From positions 1-30,615 of the IMG/VR virus record IMGVR_UViG_3300006105_000077: a stretch of 30,615 nt of DNA. One strand, 5' to 3'. The stretch comes from a virus (taxonomy: Duplodnaviria > Caudoviricetes). This document shows, in pieces, positions 1 through 9,144 of this stretch (the first letter of the stretch is position 1; each line of letters starts with the position of its first letter). The translations under genes were made by a program, and so were the position numbers. Below the pieces are notes generated by a model that did no database searches, was not told the origin of the DNA, and saw nothing but the letters and a program-made list of their open reading frames with translations.

Positions 1-396
1 ATGTATCAACTTCTCGAGCGCCTTACGCAGCCAAGTGACCAACACGTCACGGGCGGTATGTACAACATGTTGCGCAAAGTTAAGCGCACTGGAAACGCTA
101 AGCCACCTTTCTATCTTCGTGAAATGATTCACCACAACGACACAGAGCTTCGTAACTTCTGGTTGCGTCTTCTCGGTACGTTGCAAACGATGGTTGAAGT
201 TGAAAATCGTTTGAATGACGGTGAAGACCACCATTTAGTCGCGTATCCCACTCCTACAAGCACGTGCGCTTGGGACTGCGACTTTCGAGCAGTGTGCCCA
301 CTGTTCGACGATGGCTCCCACGCAGAGGGCCTAATTGAATCTGCGTACCGAGTTCACAACCCATATGAAAGATACCAGACAGAGGTGACACTATGA
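1..396 (+). CDS. C-terminal part of PD-(D/E)XK / Cas4-like exonuclease (probably 5'-truncated by window edge)
   Basis: C-terminal P-x-P-x-x-x-C-x-W-x-C-x-F-x-x-x-C cluster (PTPTSTCAWDCDFRAVC); upstream of AAA ATPase and SSB as in phage recombination modules. Confidence 0.7.
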   Translation: MYQLLERLTQPSDQHVTGGMYNMLRKVKRTGNAKPPFYLREMIHHNDTELRNFWLRLLGTLQTMVEVENRLNDGEDHHLVAYPTPTSTCAWDCDFRAVCPLFDDGSHAEGLIESAYRVHNPYERYQTEVTL

Positions 397-1100
397 CGCA
401 AGGCGTCAGTATGCTAATTCACGGCTTAAGCAAGAGCGGTAAGTCGTACTTTGGAGACTCGGCGCCTGCGCCACGTCTCATTCTCGACGCTGAAGGTGGC
501 GCAAGCACTCGCTTCACGGGCTCATCGAAAGTTGTGTGGGACCCGATGCGTGATGCGCCTCCTGCGTATGACGGTACGTGGGAGACGTGCGTTGTATACG
601 TTCGTTCATTCCAAGACGTCCAACGTGTGTACGATTGGTTGAACTCAGGCAAGCACTCATTTCAAAGCGTCGTAATCGACTCGCTTTCAGAAACGCAACA
701 GCGTTGCATTGACGCTCTCGTAGGCACAGACCAGATGAAGACGCAAGACTGGGGCGACTTGCTTCGCAAGATGTCGGCTCTCGTTCGCTCTTACCGTGAC
801 CTCATTATTCACCCGACCAACCCATTGCAAGCGGTAATCTTTGTCGCTATGACGCGTGAGTTTAACAACGTACGACGCCCGTACGTTCAGGGCCAACTTT
901 CTAACACACTGCCTTACTACGTCGACGTCTGCGGTTACTTGTGGACGGAGCTCGGAGAAGACGGTGTCGTTAGACGGCGTTTGTTGTGTGCACCGCACAG
1001 TGCTTTTGAGGCTGGCGATCGCACTGGCAAACTTGGTAATGTTATTGACAACCCGGACGTCATCACCATGTTGGAGATGATATACGGTGGCAATAACTAA
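393..1100 (+). CDS. Sak4-like / AAA_24 phage ATPase (single-strand annealing recombinase)
   Basis: Walker A GLSKSGKS, LDAEGG, Walker B VVIDS; ATGA overlap with upstream gene. Confidence 0.8.
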   Translation: MTQGVSMLIHGLSKSGKSYFGDSAPAPRLILDAEGGASTRFTGSSKVVWDPMRDAPPAYDGTWETCVVYVRSFQDVQRVYDWLNSGKHSFQSVVIDSLSETQQRCIDALVGTDQMKTQDWGDLLRKMSALVRSYRDLIIHPTNPLQAVIFVAMTREFNNVRRPYVQGQLSNTLPYYVDVCGYLWTELGEDGVVRRRLLCAPHSAFEAGDRTGKLGNVIDNPDVITMLEMIYGGNN

Positions 1101-1145
1101 CGCATCAAAAAATAAAACACTTAGACTCTTAGAAGGAGTAGACGT

Positions 1146-1667
1146 ATGACAACTTGGGGCGACCTTTTGAAGGAAGCAGGCACCGTAACGCAGGGGTATG
1201 ACCCACTGCCCAGCGGTACCTATGATGTAACGGTCGAAAAGGCCGAACACAAGATTGCGCAGTCGGGCAAGTCAATGTTCGAAGTGCAGTTCAAAGTAAT
1301 CTCGGGACCGCACGCGAATCGCTTCGTGTGGAATCGCTTTGTAGTCGTACCTGACAGCCCTCGTGCTCTCGCGTACTTCTTCTCGAACATGCGTGCACTC
1401 GGCCTCGACTCTGACTTCTTTGCAGCATCACCAAGCGATGACGTTGTTGCCTCGGCACTCGTTGGTCGCACCGTGACGATTGAAGTCGGTCAGACTGAAT
1501 ACAACGGCGCACTGCGTAACGAAGTCAAGAAGGTGCTCGCGTCGAAGGGCGCAACTGCAACGGTCGCTGCACCTGTCGCTTCTGCTCCTGCCGCTCCTGT
1601 GACGCCTATGAGTGCACCAGCACCCACGCCCACCTCAGCGCCTGTTGCACCTGCCGCACCGTTCTAA
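1146..1667 (+). CDS. DUF669-type single-stranded DNA-binding protein
   Basis: YDPLPSGTY...SGKSM...F pattern, RNEVK, Pro/Ala tail ending in PF; AAGGAG RBS. Confidence 0.8.
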   Translation: MTTWGDLLKEAGTVTQGYDPLPSGTYDVTVEKAEHKIAQSGKSMFEVQFKVISGPHANRFVWNRFVVVPDSPRALAYFFSNMRALGLDSDFFAASPSDDVVASALVGRTVTIEVGQTEYNGALRNEVKKVLASKGATATVAAPVASAPAAPVTPMSAPAPTPTSAPVAPAAPF

Positions 1668-1676
1668 CGAGCAAAC

Positions 1677-2894
1677 GTGAAAATCGCAATTTACGAACCG
1701 GAGCCACGCATTTGTGGGCCGCTTACGTATGCGTATCACGTCAAGGCGGGTCTTATCGCACTTGGTCACGAAGTAGACGTAGTCTCCTTCACTAAGTCCG
1801 GTAAGGCCCGCGTCTCGTGGGGCACACCTAAGCCTGGCGCACGTTGGTGGTTGAAGCCAATTGACCGTGTCGATAAGAACTCAAACGCAATCTCAGTGTT
1901 GCAAGAATACGACATGGTTATTCTTCCTGAGATTCGCAATCCCTCTCACGACAAAGAGGCATTGAAGGAAGAGACTGTCCCGCTTTACGTTGACGCACTT
2001 GTGAAAGCCGGTGTGCCTTGGACAACTGCGTTGCACGGTACGAATTATGGTGAGAAGGAGACGGTGTTCACTGAGCAACTTCTCGCATCGCCAACACGTG
2101 GCAAGACGCTTGTCACGGCAAGTTGGTCATCAGTCGAATCGTCACCTTTGTTTAAAGACATCGATTGGGCGTTTGCGCATCTGCCTTACGTTCCTACGTT
2201 TGATGTTGACGCTGACATCCCTCGAGACCCGCGTACTGTGGGCGGAATGGGTCGCTTCATTTGGAATAAAGGCCAGCACATTGTAGCGATGGCTGGTGCA
2301 TTTCTTCCTGAAGACGTCACAGTAGAAATCTGGGGCGCGTGCTCAATTGGAATGTCTGCGTCTCCTACGTTCGTTGTGTACGAAGAATTTGTGCGTAAGG
2401 GCGAGTGGGAAGGCAAGCGCTTTGGCCCTGACGGGACCGATGGCAACGTCATTCAACCGTACAATTGGGAAGCACGTCTCCCAGGTCACGCAATGGTGAA
2501 GTACTTGGGCAATTATGACAAGCCGCTTCAAACAGCGTCACGCATGGTTGCACACGCTGGTTTGACGTCGGGCAACTTCTCTCGAGGGCTTGTCGAATTC
2601 TCAACGCTTGAAGCGATGGACGCCGGCGCATTCCCTATTGTGCCTAAGCACTTGTCGGACCCTGAGTTCGAAATGTTTGTGCTGCCTACGTACGAGAATG
2701 CATTGTCATTCGCAAAGCTTCGCGTCGATGATTCGACGGTGCGTGAACTCGCAAGCATGTATGAGAAGTGTCTCGATGTGTGGCAGAATGAAGCAGAACG
2801 TAAGCGTATCGTTCAGCACAACCGTGAAGTGATTCGCAAGCGCAATAACGTAGTTGCAATTGCACAAACGTTCGTTGATTCGGCGATGTCATGA
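1677..2894 (+). CDS. Glycosyltransferase (GT-B fold-like), possibly DNA-modifying
   Basis: N-terminal MKIAIY...G...LGHEVDVV; GRFIWNKG; EFSTLEAMDAG (ExxxxEA motif of GT4-like enzymes). Confidence 0.7.
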   Translation: MKIAIYEPEPRICGPLTYAYHVKAGLIALGHEVDVVSFTKSGKARVSWGTPKPGARWWLKPIDRVDKNSNAISVLQEYDMVILPEIRNPSHDKEALKEETVPLYVDALVKAGVPWTTALHGTNYGEKETVFTEQLLASPTRGKTLVTASWSSVESSPLFKDIDWAFAHLPYVPTFDVDADIPRDPRTVGGMGRFIWNKGQHIVAMAGAFLPEDVTVEIWGACSIGMSASPTFVVYEEFVRKGEWEGKRFGPDGTDGNVIQPYNWEARLPGHAMVKYLGNYDKPLQTASRMVAHAGLTSGNFSRGLVEFSTLEAMDAGAFPIVPKHLSDPEFEMFVLPTYENALSFAKLRVDDSTVRELASMYEKCLDVWQNEAERKRIVQHNREVIRKRNNVVAIAQTFVDSAMS

Positions 2895-3319
2895 GCGCAT
2901 GGGAGTGGCTAAAAGAAACTCGCACGCTTCAAATTGAAGCGTATGGGAAAGACCCTTCTGCGCTCACGGGCGAAGAACTTGCGGACTTCGTTCTTTGGAA
3001 TCACGTCGCTCTAGTCGACGAAATGAGCGAATTCCTCGGTGAAATTCAATGGAAGCCGTGGGCAAAGCCTCGCGGCGGCGCAAATCGAGATGCAGCAATC
3101 GGTGAACTTATTGATGTTGCTCACTTTCTCGCAAATCTCGCCGTCGCGATGGGATGCACTGATGAAGAATGGGTGCGCCGCTATAAAGCGAAGATGGAAA
3201 TCAACGCAAAACGTCAGCGAGATGGCTACGACAATAAGAACAAATGTCAAAAATGTCGACGCGCACTCGATGACGTCGCAGTTAAGTGCACATCTGAACG
3301 ATGTGTAGAGGAGCAATAA
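2891..3319 (+). CDS. Dimeric dUTPase / MazG-like nucleotide pyrophosphohydrolase with C-terminal Cys motif
   Basis: DEMSE...WKPW...ELIDVAHF...Y-x-x-K-x-x-IN-x-x-RQ-x-x-GY all-alpha NTP-PPase motifs. Confidence 0.8.
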   Translation: MSAWEWLKETRTLQIEAYGKDPSALTGEELADFVLWNHVALVDEMSEFLGEIQWKPWAKPRGGANRDAAIGELIDVAHFLANLAVAMGCTDEEWVRRYKAKMEINAKRQRDGYDNKNKCQKCRRALDDVAVKCTSERCVEEQ

Positions 3320-4524
3320 TGAGCAATACGTTTCGATTCGTCGACGTTCACGGGTTCGCTGGAGGTCTTTCACTAGGCGTCCAACAAAGTGGCTTTGAAC
3401 TTGTCGGCAAGAAAGAAACGAAGGGTGGCTTTGGCGCACCGAACATGGAAGCCAACCGTCACATTCTTGGAAATAATTGGGAGACTGAAGTCGAGTCGTA
3501 CGAAAATTGGACGCCAATTGACGCTGAGCTCGTCATCGGTAATCCACCGTGCAGCGGCTTCAGTTTGCTCTCGAGCAAGTCGTTTCGAGGTGTGAACTCG
3601 CGCGCAAATGCATGCATGTGGGGAATCACTGAGTACGCTGCGAAGATTGCGCCTCCCATCTTTGCGTTTGAGTCCGTGCAAGGCGCATTTACGCAAGGCC
3701 ATGAACTGATGGTTGACTTGCGTGCTCGTCTTGAAGAACTCACGGGCGCAAAGTACGACCTCACTCACGTGTTGCACTCTGCTCGTTCGATGGGCTCACC
3801 TCAAATGCGTCGTCGCTATATGTTCGTCGCTCACCGTGTGCCATTCGGCGTAGAAGAGCCTCAGCCTCGCGAGTTGCCTAACGTCTGGGACGCAATTGGC
3901 GACTTGTCGGGTCTTCAACTTCAATGGGAAGCGCAGCCGTACGTTCACGATGCATTTTCAAAGTGGGCAAAGTCAAAGCGCAATAAGACAAAAGTAGACG
4001 GTCACGTCACTCTCGACATTCCTCACACTCGTCGCGTCAAGGAGTTGTTGGCCACCGGCATGTGGGACCAAGGTATGGACCTCGGTAAAGTGATGCGTCG
4101 TCTCGATGATGAGAACATTGAATGGCCTGAGTTTTACGAACGTCGTCACGCGCACTTTCAAGGCAACGGTTACAACTTTGGTTTCACGCAACCGTATCGT
4201 TTGCGCGCTGATTACGTATGCCCAGTCATCACGGGTGGGGGTCTCGACTTGCTCATTCACCCAACTGAAGACCGCAACATTACGCACCGCGAAGTCGCGC
4301 GTCTCATGGGTTACCCAGACAATTGGAAGATTGAGCCGCTTCGCGATTACAAAGCATTGCGTTTGACGTGGGGCAAAGGCGTCACTGTTGACGTTGGTCG
4401 TTATTTTGGCGAATGGTTGTACAAGTCGCTTGACGGTACGCCTGGTACGTACACTGGCGAACTTATTGGTGACCGCGAACGTCTCATCAATGTCACTCAA
4501 ACGTGGAAGAAGTTTGAAGAGTAG
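3319..4524 (+). CDS. DNA (cytosine-5)-methyltransferase, divergent
   Basis: Motif I-like DVHGFAGG, catalytic GNPPCSGFS, motif VI variant FESV, QMRRRYMF, R-x-x-T-x-REVARLMGYP; start at ATG 3319 after GAGGAG. Confidence 0.85.
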   Translation: MSNTFRFVDVHGFAGGLSLGVQQSGFELVGKKETKGGFGAPNMEANRHILGNNWETEVESYENWTPIDAELVIGNPPCSGFSLLSSKSFRGVNSRANACMWGITEYAAKIAPPIFAFESVQGAFTQGHELMVDLRARLEELTGAKYDLTHVLHSARSMGSPQMRRRYMFVAHRVPFGVEEPQPRELPNVWDAIGDLSGLQLQWEAQPYVHDAFSKWAKSKRNKTKVDGHVTLDIPHTRRVKELLATGMWDQGMDLGKVMRRLDDENIEWPEFYERRHAHFQGNGYNFGFTQPYRLRADYVCPVITGGGLDLLIHPTEDRNITHREVARLMGYPDNWKIEPLRDYKALRLTWGKGVTVDVGRYFGEWLYKSLDGTPGTYTGELIGDRERLINVTQTWKKFEE

Positions 4525-4560
4525 TAACACCTTCGACTAATATTTCGAAGACACTAAAGT

Positions 4561-4600
4561 GAATTGGGGGCCCTTGATTGGGCCCTCAATTCCTTTTATT
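4561..4600 (+). terminator. Rho-independent terminator
   Basis: GAATTGGGGGCCC-ttgatt-GGGCCCTCAATTC hairpin followed by CTTTTATT. Confidence 0.8.
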
Positions 4601-4631
4601 GTAAGGTTTTCAAAGATTCTTTAAGAATAGT

Positions 4632-4660
4632 GTCACACGGGTACAAATTATTGTTATAGT
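4632..4660 (+). promoter_or_regulatory. Sigma70/SigA-type promoter with extended -10
   Basis: GTCACA-17 nt-TATAGT with TG at the extended -10 position, just after the terminator. Confidence 0.55.
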
Positions 4661-4704
4661 GATTCTGTCTGGTAATTCAACCGGGCAGGACGAAAGGACA
4701 CAAC

Positions 4705-5343
4705 ATGAAGGCAAGCGAAAAGCAAATCGCATTCATTGAGAAACTCATCAGTGAGCGTATCCGCATTACCCTCAACGAGAAGGACACTGAGTTTCTCTCA
4801 AACATTGAAGCAGCGTATCAGCGCGTTCGAGCACAGGACCAACTGACGATGCACGGCGCAAGTTGGGTAATTGACGCACTGCTTAGCATTTCAACGAAGA
4901 TTGCGGACAAGAAAGTTGAAGTCGAGCAGTCAGCACCAAGCATCCCACTTGGGACGTACACCGTCGTACTCGGTGAGAACGACTATGTCACGCTTCGCGT
5001 AGGCATTGCAACGTTCACTGAAGAGAAGCGAATCATGGTGTCATATCTCTCAGGTGCAGACAACGAAAACTCGTACACGGGCTTTGCATTCGTCAACGCC
5101 AACGGCATTAAAGTCTGGGGCAAGTTCGCAGGCAACGAGCGTCTTGCACACGCCGCAAAAGTGCTCTTCGCAATCGCACAGACTGAGGCGGGTCTCGGTC
5201 AAGCGCATGAAGAATTCCTCAAGCACGCTGAAGCGTACGCAATTGCAAGCGGTAAGTGCGCACGTTGTAATCGCAAGTTGACGGTGCCTGCGTCACTGCA
5301 CCGCGGTCTTGGCCCTGAGTGCGCTAACAAGGAGGGTCTCTAA
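4705..5343 (+). CDS. DUF6011-like protein (C-terminal Zn ribbon)
   Basis: ASEKQIAFI N-terminus; CARCNRKLTVPASLHRGLGPEC C-terminus; AAAGGA RBS. Confidence 0.7.
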   Translation: MKASEKQIAFIEKLISERIRITLNEKDTEFLSNIEAAYQRVRAQDQLTMHGASWVIDALLSISTKIADKKVEVEQSAPSIPLGTYTVVLGENDYVTLRVGIATFTEEKRIMVSYLSGADNENSYTGFAFVNANGIKVWGKFAGNERLAHAAKVLFAIAQTEAGLGQAHEEFLKHAEAYAIASGKCARCNRKLTVPASLHRGLGPECANKEGL

Positions 5344-5344
5344 T

Positions 5345-5866
5345 ATGTGGCTCGTTACGACAATCGGCTTCTTCTCTGCAACAATTTCGAATGTAGACGG
5401 GAGCGTGCAAATTCGAGCACGCGACCGTCAAGACCTCGAAAATCTCAAAGAGAAGTACGCACCAGAACTCAGTGACATCATCGAAACGTACACGGCGGAT
5501 TACCCATTCCGTGCGCTATGCACTCGAGAAGAATTCCCCTCAATTCTCGCTCGCATCGGTGCAGATGTCGACTACAGCAACTTCAAAGACGAAGTGTACA
5601 AAAAGCAAGGCGAAAAGCGAGCACGGCTTTACGGAGACGTGTGGACGACGCTTCTCGCTCTCGAAACGAAAGAAACGGCACAGAAGCGTGCAAAAGTTAA
5701 TGGTGTCCTTGACGTCACGGCACCAGAACTTCTCATTGGCGACAAAACGGAGTGGGGCATTGTAGCGTCAATCGTTTCTACTCGTGGCAATGTATCGACT
5801 ACTGTGACGTTCGAAGACGGTTCGACAAAGACGTTCAATAAGTTTGAACGCATCATTGTACTTTGA
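5345..5866 (+). CDS. Conserved phage hypothetical protein with C-terminal SH3-like barrel
   Basis: MWLVTTIGFFS...RAR...ADYPFR...DYSNFK pattern; starts 1 nt after upstream stop. Confidence 0.6.
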   Translation: MWLVTTIGFFSATISNVDGSVQIRARDRQDLENLKEKYAPELSDIIETYTADYPFRALCTREEFPSILARIGADVDYSNFKDEVYKKQGEKRARLYGDVWTTLLALETKETAQKRAKVNGVLDVTAPELLIGDKTEWGIVASIVSTRGNVSTTVTFEDGSTKTFNKFERIIVL

Positions 5867-5913
5867 TTGTGCAAGGTGTTAGAATGAGTTATACACAGGA
5901 CGAAGGGACGCAT

Positions 5914-6177
5914 ATGAAAAGCACTGTCGAGACTTGGAAGGGTCTCATTCCGGGTGACATAGTCACGGTCACTGAAGCACCCGGTTCATACAAATTCATT
6001 AACGCAACAATTAACGCCGAGACTGGTGAAACTTTGTGGGTCACCGTCATTGGCGGGCGTAAAGGTCGATCGTTAACACGTATGTTCACTGAAGAGCGTA
6101 TTGTGTTACCGAAAGAAAAGGCTCTGCAAAAGCAGAGGTCAAACCGTGGCATTGCCACAGAAGGAGAAGGACAATAA
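5914..6177 (+). CDS. Hypothetical protein
   Basis: ORF with GAAGGGA RBS before ATG 5914; stop overlaps next start. Confidence 0.55.
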   Translation: MKSTVETWKGLIPGDIVTVTEAPGSYKFINATINAETGETLWVTVIGGRKGRSLTRMFTEERIVLPKEKALQKQRSNRGIATEGEGQ

Positions 6178-7076
6178 TGTTGCCAACACTTAAAGGCGTC
6201 GCAAAAGTCGCCGAAGGTATTACCAGCATCAGCGAAGCACTCGAGCGTAACGGTCTCAACTGGTCCGTTGAAAAGCGCCCGACGTTCTACATGAAGGACA
6301 ACGGCACTCCAGCGCCAATGACTTCGTCTTACGCCACTCTTCGCAGTGACAACGAGGCGTATCTTGGCCGTGTCGGTGGGGACTACGTTCCAATGAGCAA
6401 CGCAAACGCACTCGCTCACGTGGACGCACTTCTCATCTCAGGTGCAGCAACACTCGACACTGTGTTCGAATTAAAGGGCGGTAAGCGCGTTGGTGCAACG
6501 TTGAAGTTGAACGAAGGCATCAACATTAAGGGTGAAGACTTGGTCGACATGTACATTACGGTGACGACATCGCACGATGGCACCCGAGCAACTCGCACGG
6601 ACATCACGCCGATTCGTCTCTTCTGCACAAATCAGTTGGCACTCATCAGTCGCACCGCGAAGCAGTCGTGGTCAGTGCGTCACCTCTCAACGATGGAAGA
6701 AAACTTAAAGTTCGTCGAAGAAGAGTTGCAAGAAATCACCGGCTACGCTGAGTGGTTCGAAAGCACGGCTAACGCACTCATCGAGAAGACGCTCACTGAA
6801 ATGGACTTGCAGCAGATTCTTGGCGCGTCACTCGACTTTGTCAAGGAGAAGGACAAGAAGGCGAAGATGATTAGCGAAATCACCGACGTCTTTAAGTACA
6901 GCAATCTCATCGGTGAGCAGTTCAAGGGCACTGCATGGGCTGGGCTGAACGCAGCGACTGAGTACTTTGACCACCACCGCAACTACCGCACGGCTGCTGC
7001 TCGTTACGCAGCAATCACGTCAGGAGTCGGTGCTCGAGTGCGCAACAACGTCTCAGAGAATCTCATTCTTCTCTAA
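6177..7076 (+). CDS. DUF932 (LGT_TIGR03299 family) protein
   Basis: GLNWSVEK, LGRVGGDYVP, SHDGT...TPIRLFCTNQL, VRH, GTAWAGLNAATEYFDH. Confidence 0.85.
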   Translation: MLPTLKGVAKVAEGITSISEALERNGLNWSVEKRPTFYMKDNGTPAPMTSSYATLRSDNEAYLGRVGGDYVPMSNANALAHVDALLISGAATLDTVFELKGGKRVGATLKLNEGINIKGEDLVDMYITVTTSHDGTRATRTDITPIRLFCTNQLALISRTAKQSWSVRHLSTMEENLKFVEEELQEITGYAEWFESTANALIEKTLTEMDLQQILGASLDFVKEKDKKAKMISEITDVFKYSNLIGEQFKGTAWAGLNAATEYFDHHRNYRTAAARYAAITSGVGARVRNNVSENLILL

Positions 7077-7531
7077 TGACGGTACGTCTAAACGTTTTGT
7101 TCAACGGGTCGCCAGACGAAGGTGAGCAAACGTTTCGCGAAGTTGTGGGAATGGGGTACGAACGTATCCCATTCTCACGCTTCGTGCGTTGGCGTCTCGC
7201 AAGCAAGAGCGCAGACATTTGGTCAATGGACATTGACGTTTTGCCACTCGATAGGCCAAGGGTAATCTATTTGCTCACACCGTTGAGTGTCTCTAATGAG
7301 GACGTAGAAGCCTCAATGCGGGACATAACTCACGCGAACGGGCTACCTTTAAGGCTAATGGGCGAAGAGACGTTGAGTGAAACACAACGCATTGAGATGA
7401 AGCACAATTGCGTAGATGTGTGCGACCGTGTGTTCGTAGTAAATTCAAATGAAACAATCGATGATGAAACGCAAAGCATCATCGATATCGCAACAGACAC
7501 GGGTAAGAAAGTTTCTTACCTTAAGTATTAG
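7076..7531 (+). CDS. Hypothetical protein, degenerate nucleoside 2-deoxyribosyltransferase-like fold
   Basis: IYLLTP...CDRVFVVN...T...I-x-x-A...GKKVSY resembles NDT-like Rossmann pattern; the usual Glu appears absent. Confidence 0.4.
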   Translation: MTVRLNVLFNGSPDEGEQTFREVVGMGYERIPFSRFVRWRLASKSADIWSMDIDVLPLDRPRVIYLLTPLSVSNEDVEASMRDITHANGLPLRLMGEETLSETQRIEMKHNCVDVCDRVFVVNSNETIDDETQSIIDIATDTGKKVSYLKY

Positions 7532-7539
7532 GAGACGAC

Positions 7540-7884
7540 ATGTCAGAAGACACCAACATTGAAGAAGTAGCACCGGCTCTCGAGAGTTCGCTTGACAAAG
7601 CGTTGAAGCGCGCCGAAGAAAAGGCGCAAGTGAGTGTCGTAGAAGAGACGGTTGACGAAGAGTCTTCAGAAGAGCGTCCTCCAATGGAGTGGCCGCTTCC
7701 CGTCTATCCATTGGTTGCCATGTTCGACGTACAAAAGGTTGACTTAGAGGACCAACAAGCGCTTGTCATCGCTTTGTACACGGGTGCTGGAGCGTCATTT
7801 GGTCTCGTCACGCGCGATGGTGCGTTGGCCCTTGCAAAGCGTCTCAAGCAAGTCGCCAATACGGTCGTTGAAGTCAAGAAGTAA
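7540..7884 (+). CDS. Hypothetical acidic protein
   Basis: ORF with AGGAG RBS. Confidence 0.6.
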   Translation: MSEDTNIEEVAPALESSLDKALKRAEEKAQVSVVEETVDEESSEERPPMEWPLPVYPLVAMFDVQKVDLEDQQALVIALYTGAGASFGLVTRDGALALAKRLKQVANTVVEVKK

Positions 7885-8048
7885 GGAGCAAATGCAGCAG
7901 AATAACCGCAGAGCAAATTCCCGCTAGCACACCGATAGGCAATACGTCTCGCCTGAAGTTTAGGCTCGGCTCGAATGCATTGACGGCGGAACGCTCGCAC
8001 AAGTGAAACGACCTAGGTCAAAGATAGACCACACTAAGGAGTAACAAC

Positions 8049-8474
8049 ATGCGAAAAAGTACGATCGCAAAATGGACGTTTGCAACAGTTATGTTAGCGA
8101 CTGTAACCGTCCCTCAAATCGCAAGTCAAGCGACAACTAAGACAACTGCAGTGACAACAACGACAATTAAAGTTGCACGGCACATTATGAAGAAAAAGAT
8201 GTATGTCCCTCTTGTCTCAGAGACAATGATGGCGATGTGGCGCAAAGTAAACATCTGCGAAGAAGGTGGGCGTTGGAATGTGCGCGGGTCGCTTTATTCA
8301 GGTGGACTCGGCATCACTAACGCAAATTGGATTGCGTTTGGCGGTGAAGCGTTATTCGGCCCAGCATGGGCTGCGACGCCAATGCAACAAGTTTTTATCG
8401 CGGAACGAATTCAAAAAAGATTGAGTGCTGGCGCTTACGTACCCGACCAATATGGATGCGGACACGGTTGGTAA
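8049..8474 (+). CDS. rpf: Secreted resuscitation-promoting factor (Rpf)-like lytic transglycosylase
   Basis: Signal peptide, Thr-rich linker, W-x-x-V-x-x-CEEGGRW...YSGGLG...W-x-x-FGG...AT-x-x-QQ-x-x-IAERI matches Rpf domain with catalytic Glu. Confidence 0.8.
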   Translation: MRKSTIAKWTFATVMLATVTVPQIASQATTKTTAVTTTTIKVARHIMKKKMYVPLVSETMMAMWRKVNICEEGGRWNVRGSLYSGGLGITNANWIAFGGEALFGPAWAATPMQQVFIAERIQKRLSAGAYVPDQYGCGHGW

Positions 8475-8535
8475 AATAAGAATGTGCATCACGAGATGCG
8501 CAGTACATAAATAGCACGGAATGGAGATTCACGCT

Positions 8536-9144
8536 ATGACAGTTGAACTAGACAAAGAAACAATCGCATACCTGAGCCGCCTAATCAAGCGCGGTGGGCA
8601 TCAAGGCGAGCAAGCGCGTGATGTGCTTAAAGCTGCGGGTCTTTCCGACAATGACTTCATCGCAAAAGAAGAAGAAGAGCGCGACTCTCACGGACGTTGG
8701 ACCAGTAGTGGCACACGTGCAGCGGCATCACAAGCAAGTGCTGCAGCGTCTTCTGCGTCGGCAGAAACAAAGGAAACTCGAAGTCGCGAGTTCAATCACA
8801 ATGACGTCAGTAGAGGCGGTGCGGAAGAGTTTGCAAAAGCGTTAGACAAAAGTGCTGCAGCGCATATGGCAGCAGCAGATGCGTGGCGTGAACATGCGAA
8901 TCAGTTGCGCAGTGAAGGAAAAAACGCAGAAGCACGCGCGGCTGAAACGGTAGCCAATAAGCACGAAGCGGCTGCCGAAAAGCACACGCAAGTATCGAAA
9001 GACTTCTCAGGTTGGTCGCGTGGCGTTGCTACGTTCACTCAAGGATACACGCGAGGCGTTGCTAGTCGGCAACCTGACACTGTCGATTGGCGAGTCGGTG
9101 AGCAACTCGACAAGTACAACGCAAAATACGGCGCAAATAAATGA
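8536..9144 (+). CDS. Cassette protein A: leader + RDxxGRW motif + His/Ala-rich helical payload
   Basis: GGAG RBS before ATG 8536; IAKEEEERDSHGRWTSSG at 8659-8712. Confidence 0.7.
   Translation: MTVELDKETIAYLSRLIKRGGHQGEQARDVLKAAGLSDNDFIAKEEEERDSHGRWTSSGTRAAASQASAAASSASAETKETRSREFNHNDVSRGGAEEFAKALDKSAAAHMAAADAWREHANQLRSEGKNAEARAAETVANKHEAAAEKHTQVSKDFSGWSRGVATFTQGYTRGVASRQPDTVDWRVGEQLDKYNAKYGANK

Noticed and set aside
1-396. CRISPR-associated Cas4
   Set aside because: Context (Sak4-like ATPase, SSB) indicates a phage recombination exonuclease.
7885-8048. Possible c-di-AMP (ydaO) riboswitch upstream of the rpf-like gene, or an 11-codon uORF at 7892-7927
   Set aside because: I could not find the ydaO consensus blocks, and the uORF's RBS spacing is only 3 nt. 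An Infernal search would be needed.
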